Translations under genes and position numbers: made by a program
DNA from: Ascidiella aspersa
Taxonomy: Eukaryota
Length of the DNA stretch: 64,000 nt
Reading direction: 5' to 3'
NCBI GenBank assembly: GCA_963924565.1
Contig: OZ004609.1
Coordinates: forward strand, 26,040,001 to 26,104,000
Notes under the pieces: generated by a model
What the model was told of the DNA's origin: nothing
Seen by the model: the letters and a program-made list of their open reading frames with translations, nothing else
Databases searched by the model: none
Shown here: positions 14,201 to 28,800 of the stretch, piece after piece
Numbering within the stretch: position 1 is the first letter of the stretch
How the letters are laid out: each line of letters begins with the position of its first letter

Positions 14201-17200
14201 TGGGTAATCTGACAATAACTTTGTTCAAAGACGTTAGAGTTTAAAAGAAAAAATACAAATTCTCGTAAAATTTTGTTTTGCGGTTTGACAAAGACACACA
14301 ATTGTACCATTGAAACAATGCCTGGCAGCAACAAACATATTCAAAGACACACATGTCGTTCAAAACAAAAATATTAATTTTCGGACACTTTACGACTATA
14401 TCTTTGTATGGCTCTTAACCTCGGTTAATCGTTGAAGAGAGCAATGCGTAACAATATCGGTTGATGTGTACCCACCTTTTTGACAAGGTTTAACTGGAAG
14501 CGTTCCATAACCTTCGGCCCGAGGACGACTGGCAAAAAGTGATCGTACGTCACGATCTGCTGCAAAGCCGTCACGATTGATCGCGCTGTCTGTAACAAAA
14601 CACAAAATTTAATTAAATGGATAAACAAATTTATCAACCTAAAATAAACCGAGTCAGACCAGTGATTCTCAAACGTTTCGTTCTGCCACTTCGGCACATG
14701 GAGCGTGAAACAATTTTTTTTGTTTGTTTATTTGTATATTTATATCACAAAATCAATTAAATTATTGTAGCTTTAGTAACGATGATTTTGAATGCACATA
14801 TCTGAAGAGCAATATTTCCCAGTATTTTATTACTGTCATTGGGTTTAGATACTATCGTTGCGACGGTTTTTTATGTTGAAACGACGCACCAAGGTCTCGC
14901 AATTTGAGAACCTCGGGATTCGACCAAACGTATATATATTGTTAAGGGCCAGCATTGACTCTTAAGTAGGATGGAAAAGTGTTTTGTCTACTGTAAAGTA
15001 GCAGGTTTCGAGATTCCTAAGTGTCAACCAACCTTGAATATGAGGCCGCCTCCCCACTCGGGATTTATCTCATGGAGGTGCCTGGCAATCTGGTTGTGCT
15101 TGATCATCCAAATGGTGTGCTGAGTGGCCAGGGCGCTGTTCTCATTCACTCGAGTATCGCCTGTTGAAAACCAAACTCGTTATCAATCTGAAGCAGCAAT
15201 ACTTTTCCAACATGTTCTTAAGCGTTCGAGAGCAAAAAAACGTAACCAAATACCAAACTTTCTGATGACATAACCTGCTGATAAAAGTGTTCAATATCCC
15301 CATGCTGATGTCAAGAGTGTTATTTTAGATTGGCAAGGCAAAGTGTATACCGTTTCGTAAGACGGTCTTTGTGTAAAAATAAAAAAAAAGTTCTAATAAA
15401 ATTATAGATTTTATTTGTAAAATAAATTGAAAAAAAACTGAGGTTAAATATTCGATTTCGGCTGAACAGATTTGGAAACTTGTAATCGTTTACCGTTTTT
15501 AAATGACAACGGAAAATGTCTATTAACTCTATACTAGCAATTAACTACATGCTCACCAGCAACAAAGCAGGGCACGTCCTTGGGTTTGTGGATTGCGATC
15601 GGACACGACGTTTCTCTGGCGATCGTGTTGTTGACCTCGCTTTGCAGGGGAAGATGCGGGACCTTGCCGTGGTACCTCAACTTTTGAACTTTCAGTTCGC
15701 CGATTTCTGCACAATAAAACAACAAAACGGTTGATGGGAATAAACTTCAGATAGACCCAAACGGCGTATTGCAATCGGAATGGACGTTCTAATAAAACAA
15801 TACACAAATTCTAGGCCCACGTTTAGATGTAACGCCCCCAATCTTTATAATCAATCATGAAAGCCGAAATATCTCATCTAATCGAAGAATCATCGAGCAG
15901 CAGTTTATGAATTTCCCGGAAGGTTTGCTTTGTGACCTTCATAGGGGAAACTAACTTTTCCTTTCATACGAGAAAACTAAAACGTAAGCGCAATGACCGT
16001 CACAAAAAGACATCCCAGTCGGCTCTGGCCGAACATGCGGTTAAATTTCGACACGAAATTGATTGGCTATAATTGTAAAACGTTAAACCTGAAACCGCAC
16101 TACTACAAAATACGGTTCATTTAATCATTTCGTATCAACAAAGGTCATCATAACACCATGGACAATTATTCCACTATTTTTACAGTACTAAAACTGGCTA
16201 ACGAAATCGTTTTAATTGTTTACCCAAATGAGGTCAGCTGGTATCTGCTGCCGTAAGGTTGAATAATAACTTCATTTACATCAGAAGAAAAGTTTTATCT
16301 ATTGATATGTTGCCCGGTGAAGAAAATTCTAATTTCCATGTTGTGTGAAATGTACAAAGGAAAATAAAGTGTGTAATAATATAAGTAGTGTGGTAGATAC
16401 CTGACTCAGGGTCCAGAAGCGCCCTCAAGTGTTCTTCCGACTTGCCGTAAACGGTTCCGACGTCTATATAACCGGTGATCTGGTTCAGCTGCTGCCTCAC
16501 GGTCGTATCGCCTGAGGTTAAAAAATTACGGTTTAAATGCCAACATTTCAGGTATACTACTTTAAAAGCGCTCTAGAATTAATATGAACCCGGTTTGTGT
16601 TATGTAACGAAAGAAAATGCAAAACAAAGTGGTCTATAATGTCCTCGCCTTCAGCCATATCACAACAACCATGCAAACAACAGGTCAGCACATTTGTAAA
16701 ATTCGACTTGCAGTTTTTGGAAGCGAAATTTCGGGATTAATATTGACATCTTTATAGGTCATAATTGCTACCAACATTTGATTAACAATTGTTTTTATCT
16801 TTGCCCTGAATGTTTTTTTGAAACCATTACCAAAATTTTGGCCAGTAATTTATATGAATTTGACAGACTTCTGTTCTCAAATCACTTAGTTAGCGTCAGT
16901 TTTGCAGCAACAAGATTGGATTAACAAAGCAGGGAATTTTAGATTATTATTAATGTTAGTAGCCTACGTCAGTTTTAACTGAAAAAAAAACATAAATAAG
17001 CTGGAGGTGGACATAACAATAAAAACTTGGGGAAAATAACAATCACATACGTTTTTGCCATTAGTCACTTCCAAAACTCCTGTTACCCACCCGTTATTAT
17101 TCCACTGTCATCCTTCTTATTTGTCGGATTGTAAATGGCCGTGTTTCTCTCATTCTAACTAGGTTAATCAGGTGGCACTATATAATGATTTTCTACTTTG

Positions 17201-19539
17201 AACTGACGAAGCGCGGTGGTGAGAAAGCTTGTCAAGGTTGCAATACAATTTGTCTTTAAATAGTTCCACCTGATTACCTTATTTGTCGGTTTGTACTCAC
17301 AGTTGTCGGTGTTGGTGTCGGCCACCGCTACGGCGCGCTTCACCTGGAAGCACTTCTTGCCCTCGTTTTGCCGCTGCTCGTCGCTGACCGGGATCTCGAT
17401 GTTGATGCACTCGGGCGAAGGATCGTCGCAATCACACATTACCGGCTGCCCGTCTGCGCCTGGATATTATCGTTTTGCGTTACACGTTATTATATGTATG
17501 TATTAAAAGTAAGGATAAAATCGTGCACCACCCCAAAAGCACTTATATGTTACTTCGCATTCTGTAGCAGTAAAAAAGTTTGCTTGAAATAGGCCTTGAC
17601 GATAAAAAAAATGTTTTTTAGAATACTTTAGCAGTTTAGCTGCTTTTATTTGTTGGCAAAAGTACAAGTCAATTTTATCAAAAAGCTTTCTTTAACCTGG
17701 GCATGGCATGCAGCCATGGTAAAAAGCTACTAACGGTGTTACGCGACCAATACAAGGTTGGTAACCACTACCGTGTGTCATTGCATATTTTTTACGCTTT
17801 TCATACAGCCAACAAATAAAAAAAACTGCCACCATATAGGGCAAGGCCGCTCACCTATGTTGAGCACCGGAGTGCTGGCGATGTCGTGCGCGATGTACTG
17901 GCCCCATAGTGGAAGAAGGTGAGTGGCCGAGGTCGAGCGTTTCGACACCGAGTCCGCCATTGTCCTGGATATGAGGCGAGCAGAGGGCAGGGACCGGCCA
18001 TTAGATCGGGCGCGTGGCGTTCCTGTGTTAAACAAACGCGTCAATTTGGCTTCTGACATGGAGTGCGTGGGCTGCGATGTATATTTTAATGGGGGAACTG
18101 ATGCCGTCGAAAATTGTGTAGGTCTGCACTGTGAGGATAGTGTGGGCAAACACAGTTTAGGTGCTTAAGCTTCGATTAGGCACGATGTGGCTTAGTGGCC
18201 GCCTAATTGTCGCCCCGGGTGTTTTACACGATAGCATTTCGGCGACTTGTGGATCAACTCCAGCGGGTTCACTTGCATTAATATTATCTGCTATCGATTT
18301 AACGGCAAATCTGCACTCGGAAATGCATAAATTCAAAAAAACAAAACGAACCTGTTTTGTCGGCGTAAGCGGCTGGCAACAGTCTCTTGTACGACCTGGA
18401 CGCCCTGCCTCTGTTCTTGTCGACGCGGTTGTTGCAAGTTCCGTCGAACGATACGAATCTGCGTTTCAAAGAAAGCACGTTAGGTAAAGAATGCCACCCA
18501 AAAATCACATTGTCATATTAAATGCAATCTTTAGATTGGGGACATGAAGACATCGTATTTCTGGGCACTCAAAATGCAACACGCTGCACAAACAAATTGA
18601 TAAACATATGCTTTTAAACTAATAACGCCTGAGTTCGACTTGGCACGCTATATCTGTACAAATCAGAACTCTGGTTAACCTTGTATTACAAGTTCATATT
18701 GTAATGATACATGGCGTTACTTTGCTGGAGGAGTTTGACGTGCTCCTTTCCGTAAATAAGCAGTAAAATCAAACAGAAAAAAATAGACACTATTAAGAGT
18801 TTAATCGCTAATATCAGATTAAAGGATAGTGCCAAGCAAAGTAAACGTTATTTTTTCATTTGTCATAAAAACCTCCAAACAGTGAATTGCCAGGATTATC
18901 ATTCACTTACTTGTGTTCGTGCACCGGAGGACATTCCGGGTTGCCGAAGCAAGCGCTCGTGTCAGTTGCCGCTGTCGGAATGTCGTCACTAGGTGGCCTC
19001 GTGGGGCGCTGCTTCAACGACGGTCGGCGGGAAAAACGGGAAAAGAACGAATCGATATTGGTCAGTCGAAATTCTGTAAACAAGAAAAAATAAACGCTGA
19101 TCAAATGGTGAAGGGAACCTTTGTTTGCAGAAAAACTGCTTTGCATATTTAGCAACCTTTCAACATTCAATTGTCTACTCCAAAAGCGGTAAACGTAGAG
19201 CAAAATCCAACTTAGGGCGGTAAAACTTGTTGTACGTGACCTATGTGAGCTTTCAACACCATGTACGTTATATGGCAAAACTGTTACCACGCCATCGTAC
19301 ATCCAGGTTACAATGGTTTAGAAAAGCTCTAATAACATGGTATGTTGAAAATGAATAAATAGTTATTCGAAACGTTCAAAATAATACCTACTTCTGTATG
19401 GGCTTTGATATTCCTACTACGTCTAATAACATATTTCCGTGTAATCCAGCGCTAGTGTATGCACACTTTGTGTTTTACCTGTGGCGAAGCAGCAATGCAG
19501 CAGTGCGCAGCAGAGACTTAGAACAAGAAATGTCTTCAT
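8208..19539 (-). CDS. Secreted animal heme peroxidase (peroxinectin/MPO-like) with three C-terminal WxxW (CILP/mucin CysD-like) modules, paralog A, about 964 aa
   Basis: 20 phase-consistent exons: 19539-19479, 19073-18911, 18458-18352, 18022-17855, 17459-17301, 16511-16401, 15706-15557, 15160-15033, 14589-14476, 14116-13956, 13059-12920, 12665-12497, 11938-11769, 11236-11024, 10524-10303, 9843-9716, 9598-9466, 9257-9101, 8610-8429, 8266-8208. Signal peptide [20 protein letters not shown]. Peroxidase motifs [53 protein letters not shown]. WxxW modules end in [14 protein letters not shown] and DYEVRYLCP. Confidence 0.93.
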
Positions 19540-19628
19540 TTTGTCGTGAAATCTTTGCCTGTATAGCCTTAACTTTTCCAAACTTGATGCCAAGTGGCGA
19601 ATGGTGGTGTCCACCTGCCCCCGCGCCA

Positions 19629-19636
19629 ATATATAT
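19629..19636 (-). promoter_or_regulatory. Candidate TATA box of peroxidase A
   Basis: TATATA on the minus strand about 90 nt upstream of the ATG, within a GC-rich proximal region. Confidence 0.5.
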
Positions 19637-22526
19637 CCGACAAATTAAATCGAACGCGTCACGTTTTCGCCGTAATCGCCGCTCAACAATGCGCGTTGTT
19701 TATGCGACCAGGATATTTACTAGTTGACGCAGCCGCTCATTTCGGCTAGTTAAGGGTCCGATCGGTTTTGGTGGCGGGCCTCCCACAATCAGCAATTATC
19801 CCAAATTGCTGGGAGCGCAGGCCAGACGATGGCCGCCGTCGCCCAACATCCAATTTACAAGAAACAACACGTTCCGGCATGTCGCTGATTACGTTTTAAT
19901 TGAACGGCTCGTCCTTCGACGTAGAATACGTCACAGTCTACGACAGCCCTTTCCGTAAGGCCAGGAACGCAGAAAATTAAAGTGTTGTTGTGCCGATGTA
20001 TATTTAATCGTCTACTTTCGGGGCTAGTGAACGTAAAACACGGTATCGTTTACTAGGACGAGGTGAAAATCCTCAATCCAATTTTAGTCGTTATCACAAT
20101 ATTTGGATCATGGCATTTCTCGTCGGTAAAGGCTAATCCAAACCAAACAGCAAAAATGTACGGCTGGTAATGTACTTTAAATTAGTCCTATTTTAGAAAT
20201 AAATCATATTTGTTTATTTACAAAATAAGACATTCCACAATTCTTGACAGGGATTCTTAACCTTTTCTTTAATACCCTTGGGGTATTTAGAAGAGATATT
20301 GAGGAATTGTTATTCGGCTATTCAAACCTCAAATTTCTAGTGGAAATAGAATTCACAGTATAAAAGTCGACTATATTACAAAATAATAAATTATGAAAAT
20401 CTAGAGCCGATGCCCAACGGCATGTTGCGATTTGTTTACATCATGCGGTGAACGGCATTCGCGATCGGAACACGGTGGAATAAACTCCGCCATTAAAGGT
20501 AGACAAAGTCGACAAAGATTAACAATGAGGCCAGGGAGTTGTTTCGTAAAACGTTTAGCAATATGTACTGAAGTAATTGTTTGTTGTAGTTGTAAACTAA
20601 GTAAGCGGAACACCTTAAAATTTTAACTTGCTTTATTTATATTGTTGGTATTTAGATAAAACATGTGTGACTCCAGTACACTATAACTTACACTTCGTGT
20701 GATACTGTTGCACAGGGTCTCATCTAAATTTCGAAGTGATTGCAAGCTTTCGCGCTGTTGGAAGACAAGGATATTCAATTAAAAAACACACATTAAAAGG
20801 ATTTGATTTACACTAAGATGAAATCAAAGTATGAGTTGCATACCATTACATAGCGTGGTAGGCCCAATAAGATTTTAAGTTTAAAAGGCAAGACGGATCT
20901 AAATCTATACACTAGCCTAAAGGAATCACATACAGGTATAGGCCTATAAATATTTGTGAATTAACCCCCAGATAGGAAGACATTGGTGTGCGTTATCGAC
21001 TCTGTAAGTTGCGCGTGTATTCAAGTTCACAGACCAAGGCTCCTGCGGCTTTAATAACAGCAAGCGAAGCAAATTTAGGTTTGTGTTTGTCTTGGCATTT
21101 AACGAACCGTCCCACCACCTCGCACGCGGTAAATGTTCGCTGTGTATTAATAGCCTGTGCCCAAATTGATTTGGACAAATGACGAGCGCAAGTAAGTTTT
21201 ACGCACACCAGAAGAGTGCACTACGCAAATTGTGAAAGAGCATCATAACACTTTAGGGCTCGTCAACCAAATGACGTCAACCAGATGATTAGCCCTTGGC
21301 CGAAAGCCAACAACTTTCCCGAGACGTTTTGTAGAAGAAAAGTGCGAGTCCGTCACCTTAAAGTCGATTTCCTGGAGCTGGAGACGCCTGTACCGCCTGC
21401 GTATAATACTAGTTTAATAACATCAAAACGATTTGCTTTGGTCGGGCTAAAATTCTCGCCGCCGGCCAGGATGAACACATTCCGCGTATTTTGTAATAAC
21501 CTCGATTTAAGTGGTAGAACAAAATCGATTAACTACATAGTTGCGATGTCCACTAAAATCAACTTTTAAAAATAACATAGGAGAAAACGACTAAGTGACG
21601 GACGCTTTTTAATAAATATGGAGATTTTTGCCCTAAATCCCTTAAGGAAAGTTTTCTTTGTTTGCCGTTAGCGTCTCTTGTGGCCGAATGGCGCGTTACA
21701 TCGGCTTTCTCTACACCATCCTATTTAAGCAGCAATTAAACCGGGTTTGACATTAAGTTGAGGACATTAATTCAAGTGCAAATCTAATTGGTCTGCCTTG
21801 TGTGTGGTATAAGTTAACCATATGGCCTCACAAATATTTGACGTGATCTCAAAGTCAAACGGTTTTCTAAAGACAATATAGACTTTTAGTATATGACCGT
21901 TGGACCTTATCTCAGCCATCTACTTAACAGTACATAATAAATCACCTCTCTATATATGTGTAGTTAAACACGCCAAAACAAAGCATCAGCGTCGTAGGCT
22001 GTGGGAACAAAGATTTATTTTACCTGGATGGGCATTGGTGCTGCATTGTGAGCTCTGTCTTTAAAATGGCGCAGCCGGAATTTTGTTTTACTGCCGCATT
22101 TTATTCAAAAAAATGATTTAACAAATAATAATATATGCGTCGAGGAAATTTGGCGAAATGCTCATAAACCGGGGCAATTATTTCACCCGCCCGTGCGGGA
22201 AGTCTATACTTAACCGCAAATAGATCGCCGCGCAAATGAGCAGAGAGGCCCGAAAAAACCCGCAACTCTTAAGCGTTCGCCGGGTCTCCAAAACATGTCA
22301 CGTCATCAGCTATTGGCTGCTGGCCGGGGTAGTTTCCCCGCTCTGGGACCGATAATTACGCGCCCGGTCTGATCTGGGTTTCGAAAGAGCGCAGTGACAA
22401 AAGGAACAACATGTATTTAAATTTAGACGCAAAGCGATCCACGTTCCGCGAATGCCTCTTGTTTTGGTTTAGGCTAATTATAGAAATCTGCAGCTCGCCA
22501 GATTTTTTTGCGCCGCGAACGCTCGT

Positions 22527-22532
22527 TATAAA
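22527..22532 (+). promoter_or_regulatory. Candidate TATA box of peroxidase B
   Basis: TATAAA at the downstream edge of a GC-rich block (about 22130-22560), 366 nt upstream of the proposed ATG. Confidence 0.3.
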
Positions 22533-22892
22533 CGATTTGCGCTCGGTATGGCAAGTCACTTGTGCAGAATACACAGATAGAAAGCAATTCTTTGCGTTTG
22601 TAATCAACAGAAAGATTTAAATTTGTAAAGAGCGAAGTGTGTGTGTTGCAAACTGACGTTGAGTCGATGCGATTTGGGTCGACTGTAGTTAGTCTTATTA
22701 CTAGAATGGTAGTAGTCCAGGGCTGCTTTAGGTTTTAGAGTTGCAGTTAAATTAAATACAGTGTCATTAGAATATTTTAAAAGTTTCTTGTGTTTTTGCG
22801 GTAGGCCCTATAAAAAGAATCTTACACCACGTCGTTCTTATTAACAATTACTCTATTGCAGTTATAATCAAACATATAAGGCGTAGGCTACG

Positions 22893-25800
22893 ATGCTGAC
22901 CCCAAAACCATTGCTACTTATTTTTCTTGTTTTAAATTCCAACGTCCCACAGGGTGTCGCCTTCGGTGAGTTTTGTTGATACTATATACATTTAGAATAG
23001 AGATTAAAAACGAAATGGATATCTTCTATTCTGACTTTAATTGTGACATTTTTATCAAATAAAATCGTTTTCAGATAAACTACTTTAGAACATGTTTAAT
23101 TTCTTAAATCTTTAAGTGGTTTGCTTTGGTTGATCAGTAGATGAAAGCATTGCGAACTCACCCGCCTTTATGAAACGCTTACCGTATATTTACCCCTATG
23201 ACTAAAAACCTACAAATATTGCCAAAAGAACTCGTTTACCAAAGCGCCCGTTGTAATTGTCGCGCAGATCCGTTCGACAGGTTCGTATTTAACTTTCGTG
23301 CGCCGGCGGACAACGCAACGACGGTCGAAGAAAGGCAAGGTGCCGGGTTTAATTTCCCCACAACACCACCCGGGTCCAGCCCACGCCCTGGCGCCGGACC
23401 ACGGCCCACGCCCGCGGTGGCCGGTTTCGTGATCAACACCAAAGATGTGGATTTCGCACCTTGCCCACACAAACCCTCGTGCCCCATCGAAGGAACGAAG
23501 TAAGATTAAGGCGATGTCCAGCATGTCTTCCGCCGTGTCATGCACCATACAAACTTGGACAACTAGATTTATTTTAGCTTTGTAAAATTAGATTAGAAAT
23601 AAAAGAGAGCATTTTAGTTTTTCAAAACTAGATTAAAATTAGATTTAGATCATTTTAGTTTTCTCAAATTAGATTACTGAATTCTTGAAAAAAATAGGTA
23701 TAAACTATAATTTGAACTAGAATTACATTTCATTCTTTACAATCAATTTAGTTTAAATCGCAATTAAATCTTATTAGAGTTTGAATTGCAAATATTTTCG
23801 TGCTGTTTTTACAGGTGTTGGTTTTTAGGCTGCACGTCTTCCGTCTTGTCATGTACTATATAGGCTCTGTATGGGTTATAGAAAACATATAGGCGCCAAA
23901 CCCTAAACACGCAAATAGTCAACTTTGGAACACGATACACGTTTTTTTTCAGTAATTTCAATAAAAATATCAAAGCCATAATATTCGATAAAAACGACAT
24001 TTCGCAATTGATGGCATACGTTATTGTTGAAACGTCTGTAAATTGCGAAATGTAGTTTTTATCGAATATTATGGCTTTGGTATTTTTATTGTAAATAGTC
24101 AAATTTACATAAAACTAGCCTACTTAAGCATTTGCTGTTGAAATTCATGTCTAAGGTGAGGAGTTGAAATAACAAAGTTAAAGTGGTTCCGTAGTGTATT
24201 AGGTTCCTCTGTCTTTATTGACGTCAACCTTAGCGTTGGATGGATATTTATAAAATAAGCTTCGGCCTCGGGTATTATGAATACCTTCTTCTTCTTCTTT
24301 CGTGTGTCAAATACGGAGCTCTGTTGACGAGAGCCATTTCAGAGTGTCATTGTCGAGGTCTCTGAGGCCTCGTTCCCCATGGGGTGGATGGTAGGTGGTA
24401 CATTCCTCCACGATGTGGTCCACAGTTTGGTGTTGGGCGCCACATATGCAAGCTGGATTGTCGGTCAAGCCCCACTTCAGCATCGACGCTCCGAAACAGC
24501 CGACTCCAGTGCGGAGGCGGTTAAGATTAACCCACTGTCGCCGTGGAAGGTCCAGGCCTGTTACTTCATAAGGGCTGTCTATGTAGCGATGTAATCTTGT
24601 TTGTGGTGCTGCTGACCGCCTCTCCGTCCACCGGTTCTTTACCCAGGTGTCCTTGGACATGCCATCTCTGACGACCTGTAGCATGAATACCTAAGCCTAT
24701 TCAAATCCTTGTATCCCGGGGCATTATCCCGTATGTTGCGTCTACAATAGTGAACTTCACTATTCCTATGAACAAAAACTTAATATTGAAATAGATAAAT
24801 TGTCGCCAAAATTTCAAATCAAATAAATTAAATTAAAACGCGGCCAATTCAGCTGGAAAATTTAATTAAATACCAATGAAACACATCGTACTTCTATAAT
24901 TAAATTTCCACATAAAGATACATCACAGGGGTTATTCAGAAATAATTTATACCTCAGGCCTTTTGCGGTAGCCTATAAGCGTCGCATAGCCTATCACTGA
25001 ATGTCGCGAAGATTAAAATCGCGATTAGTATTTGCTTTTAGTTGTTTAAAAGCGTTATCTTGCACTTTTGAGCTTAAGGGTAGTTACATAGTATTCCAAA
25101 TAAAATATGTCAAAGCGGCGTTAAGTGTTTTCCCTGCCTTCTCATGTCGATTTATAATTTTAAGGATTTACCGTCCCGATGGTTCATGCAACAACCCGAT
25201 CGATGGGAGCCGCGGGGCGGCAGAACAACCTTTGAAGAGATTGCTGCCTCCTGACTATGCCGATGGCAGAGGTAAGTTAAATTTAGCAGACAGCATGAGG
25301 TAAAAATATGTTTTTCAAGAACTATATTTTTATTATATAGCTAATCTCACCTAATCGGTCGAATTTCGTGCAGGGAAACCAAGAATCAGCGTAAACGCAA
25401 TTCCGCTGCCCTCCGCGCGCAAGGTTTCAAATGGGATGCAAGACACGACCATCCAGCGTTCCAGCAAATTCTCGCAGCTCCTTCCGTTCTGGGGCCAGTA
25501 CATCGACCACGACATGGGAAGCACGCCTTCCTCTCAACGTGAGTTTGTATAAGTTGTTGTTTATCTTAAATCGTGCACGGGCGGAACCAGCACAACACGG
25601 CAAGTGTCAAACATCAGAATTAAAAATCAGTAAACGGAAGTATACAAATACGCGATTCACAAGTCCTATATATATACACAGTTTTTAATAGTTGTTTGCT
25701 CAATCCTTGATTTCAAGCTGCTATAAAATATATTCATTGGTTATTTATCCTTGATAAATACAACCTACAAACCAACATACATGTGCAATAAGTTTGTTTA

Positions 25801-28800
25801 AAAGTCGGCCAGACGCATTTTGGCGACCAAAACGCAGATCTGATTATCAAACTATCAACGTCTTTCAGGTTCGACAGGAGTAAATTGTTTTTGCGGAAAC
25901 CGCGACCCGGCTTGCTTCAACATTCCACTCGGAGTACAAGACATTCAATTCCAGCGTGAACAAAGACAATGCCTTCCGTTGGTACGCTCATTGCCTGTAC
26001 CGGATTGTCATTGTAAGTAAAATTTTAATTAAATGCTGATTTCAGTAAAACGCACTTGTTTTTAAGTTTGAAAACAGAGGTAAATTCAATGAAAATATTA
26101 AAGCCGCAATAGTTCTGGCTTTAAAAACCCTTGTATTGTGTTCCGAGGTAAATTGTTTTGTCAGTTTTGTAGTCACATTTCTTAGTACGTGATTCACGGC
26201 ATAATCAAGCTGTTAAACATTACGACCACAGTGCCGAATGTTTCGTATTCAATATAGGTAGCACCAAAGTGAGACAACAGAGAAACGATATAACCTCTTA
26301 CCTCGACGCCGGAACAGTTTACGGAAACAATGATAAACACTACAGACAATTGCAGGACCCCAATTCACGTAAGGATAGCGAAATTGAATCATTGTATTCT
26401 GTGTAAGTTGTGTTAACTATATATAACTTACGTTCACGATGTTAAAGCATTTTTGTATTTATTGAACTGCCTTTACAGCCATTGGAAAACTGGTTACCGG
26501 AAACTTACGGGACCACGGTATTTCCATTCCTCGCGAGTCGCCCGTATTGCCCCTTACTTCTCAAATCGACGACAACGACGCCGCCAAATTCATGGCCTGT
26601 CCACGAGCCATTCACAAGCCTGCAAACGTACCTTGCTTTTTCGCCGGTAAGATAAAGACTCTATATTGTAAAGCTGTATTTACTGGCTTTTCAAAATTGG
26701 CTCAGTGGCCCTAGTGGTCCGTGTATAAATCTCATGGAGTCCGCGCAACATCTTTGAATTTAATTGCCTGTTGATTTACTTTGGCCAACGCACAGTCGCA
26801 CACCCCTTGTATTAGGTTTTAAAAGTGATAAATCATTTAACATTATTTATTATGTGTTTTGTATAAGGGCTGAATTAAACGCAGAAATTGCTATACTGTG
26901 ATTTGTTTTCTTTCCACATGGAAAGCAAGCAACAAGGAATGGTTATTTTATTGTAAAGTTTAATTTTGTCATTGCAGGTGACGAAAGAGCAAACGAAGTG
27001 CCTTCTCTTACTTCACTACACACGCTTTTCCTGCGACTCCACAACGACTTAGTGGAGCGACTCAGCAGATTGAATCCCGTCTGGGGTAGAACCAAACTCA
27101 TCGAGGTAAATGGGTACAAAATACGCCCAGTACCTTATCTATATTTATTAGGTCCGTATGAGGAGTTCAAGTTGGATAGCGGACTAGTCACGTGTGTCGG
27201 CTATAACCCGAAATCGAGTAACAACCTTATTGTAATATTTGTCACTTATGTTGAGTTTACCGAAAGAACAGCTAAAACATGTCATTGCTATTTTACGAAA
27301 ATTGCCGAGATGGTAGGTGATGGGAAACAATTCATTGTTAAAATTGTTTTCGTCATCGAAAAACACTCATTACCCGTTAACCGATATGTGAAAAATAACA
27401 TTATTAGCACCATTTAGAAACAGTGAGTAGTTGCCGAGCTTGATTTGTCCTCTAATGGCGCGAGCTGCGATTTTAGGACTGCCGTCCCAATTTGAAATGG
27501 TCAATCTTGCTCTTTCAGCCAAATTACTTAGGCTGGCACGTTCTTTGCGCGAAACGGGATGGAAAGCACACGTCCTTAAAATATGACAACAAACGACTGA
27601 CGATAGATTATTGCATCTGCAGGAAAACGCGCAACGATAATTACCCTACTTTTGCACGAAGGGGTCGTTAGGCTTGTTGCTGTGTATTTAAGAAGACGGG
27701 ATTGATTGCTGCCTTTACTGCACGACAATTTGTTTATAATTGCAGTGTACTGCGCAATAAATTAAATTCTGTCGTCTTTCAGCAAAAATTAAAATTTCAA
27801 TTTCGATACCGTTTGCCACAAAAGCATTTTATGTGAACTCTGATAATAATTATGCGAATATCAAAAACCAAAAACTTGTTCATAAAACGGAACAGTGTAC
27901 AAAGAAAATTTCACATAAGAATATATTATTATAAAACCTGTGCCCTGTTTTAGTGAATAACTAATTTTTGTGATACAGGAAGCCAGAAAGATTGTTGCGG
28001 CTCTTCATCAACAAATTACCTACAGGGAGTTTCTGCCAATAATCCTCGGACAAACCTACATGAAGCGATTTGGGCTTGAACTGATACAACAGGTAAACTT
28101 TCACGAATTCACTTTGGCCAACGTGTTAAGTATAGGCCAGGGTAACATAATAAACGTAGTACATGGTTTGGTTCCAGTGGAGTCTCTACAACCGTTGTTC
28201 CTAATCCGCAACTAAGTTGTTCTAACCCAGATGAGTCAGTGCAAATATTTTAAGCCGGCATAGAGTGCCGGTATTTACTTAACAGTAGGTGTTATTATGA
28301 CGTCTACCGTATTCCAATTTTAGTCTTGTGACTGAGCCGATTTACAGCTACCATTTATCCGAATCTACATAAGGGCGAGTCTATACCTTGTATTAAACAT
28401 TCAACTGTGTTTGATTAACTCCAGGGTTACTGGAAGGGATACGATCCATCGTACGATGCGACACTCGCGAACGTATTTTCTACAGCGGCCTTCAGATTCG
28501 GTCACACACTCGTTTCAGAAACCTTCGTGCCATACCTTCCATCGTGGCATCGTACTGGGCCGTCTTTGGCGCTGCGCAACAGGTAAACTGACTTTTTTTA
28601 GCTACAACGAACTCGGGCACATTTGCTACACTAGAGTGAAAAATGGTTAACTCACTGCCGTGTTCTCATTAAAATGTGGATAACTATAAAACGCATTATC
28701 AATCGAAGGTATCTTTAATCATTCCCAAACTAATTTAGGCTTAATTATCCGGAATAATTACCATTATACGATTTAAATTTATTGAATGCTTTTTATGGCC

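Noticed and set aside
23560-23780. TTAGA-rich low-complexity tract
   Set aside because: Degenerate intronic minisatellite with no further structure.
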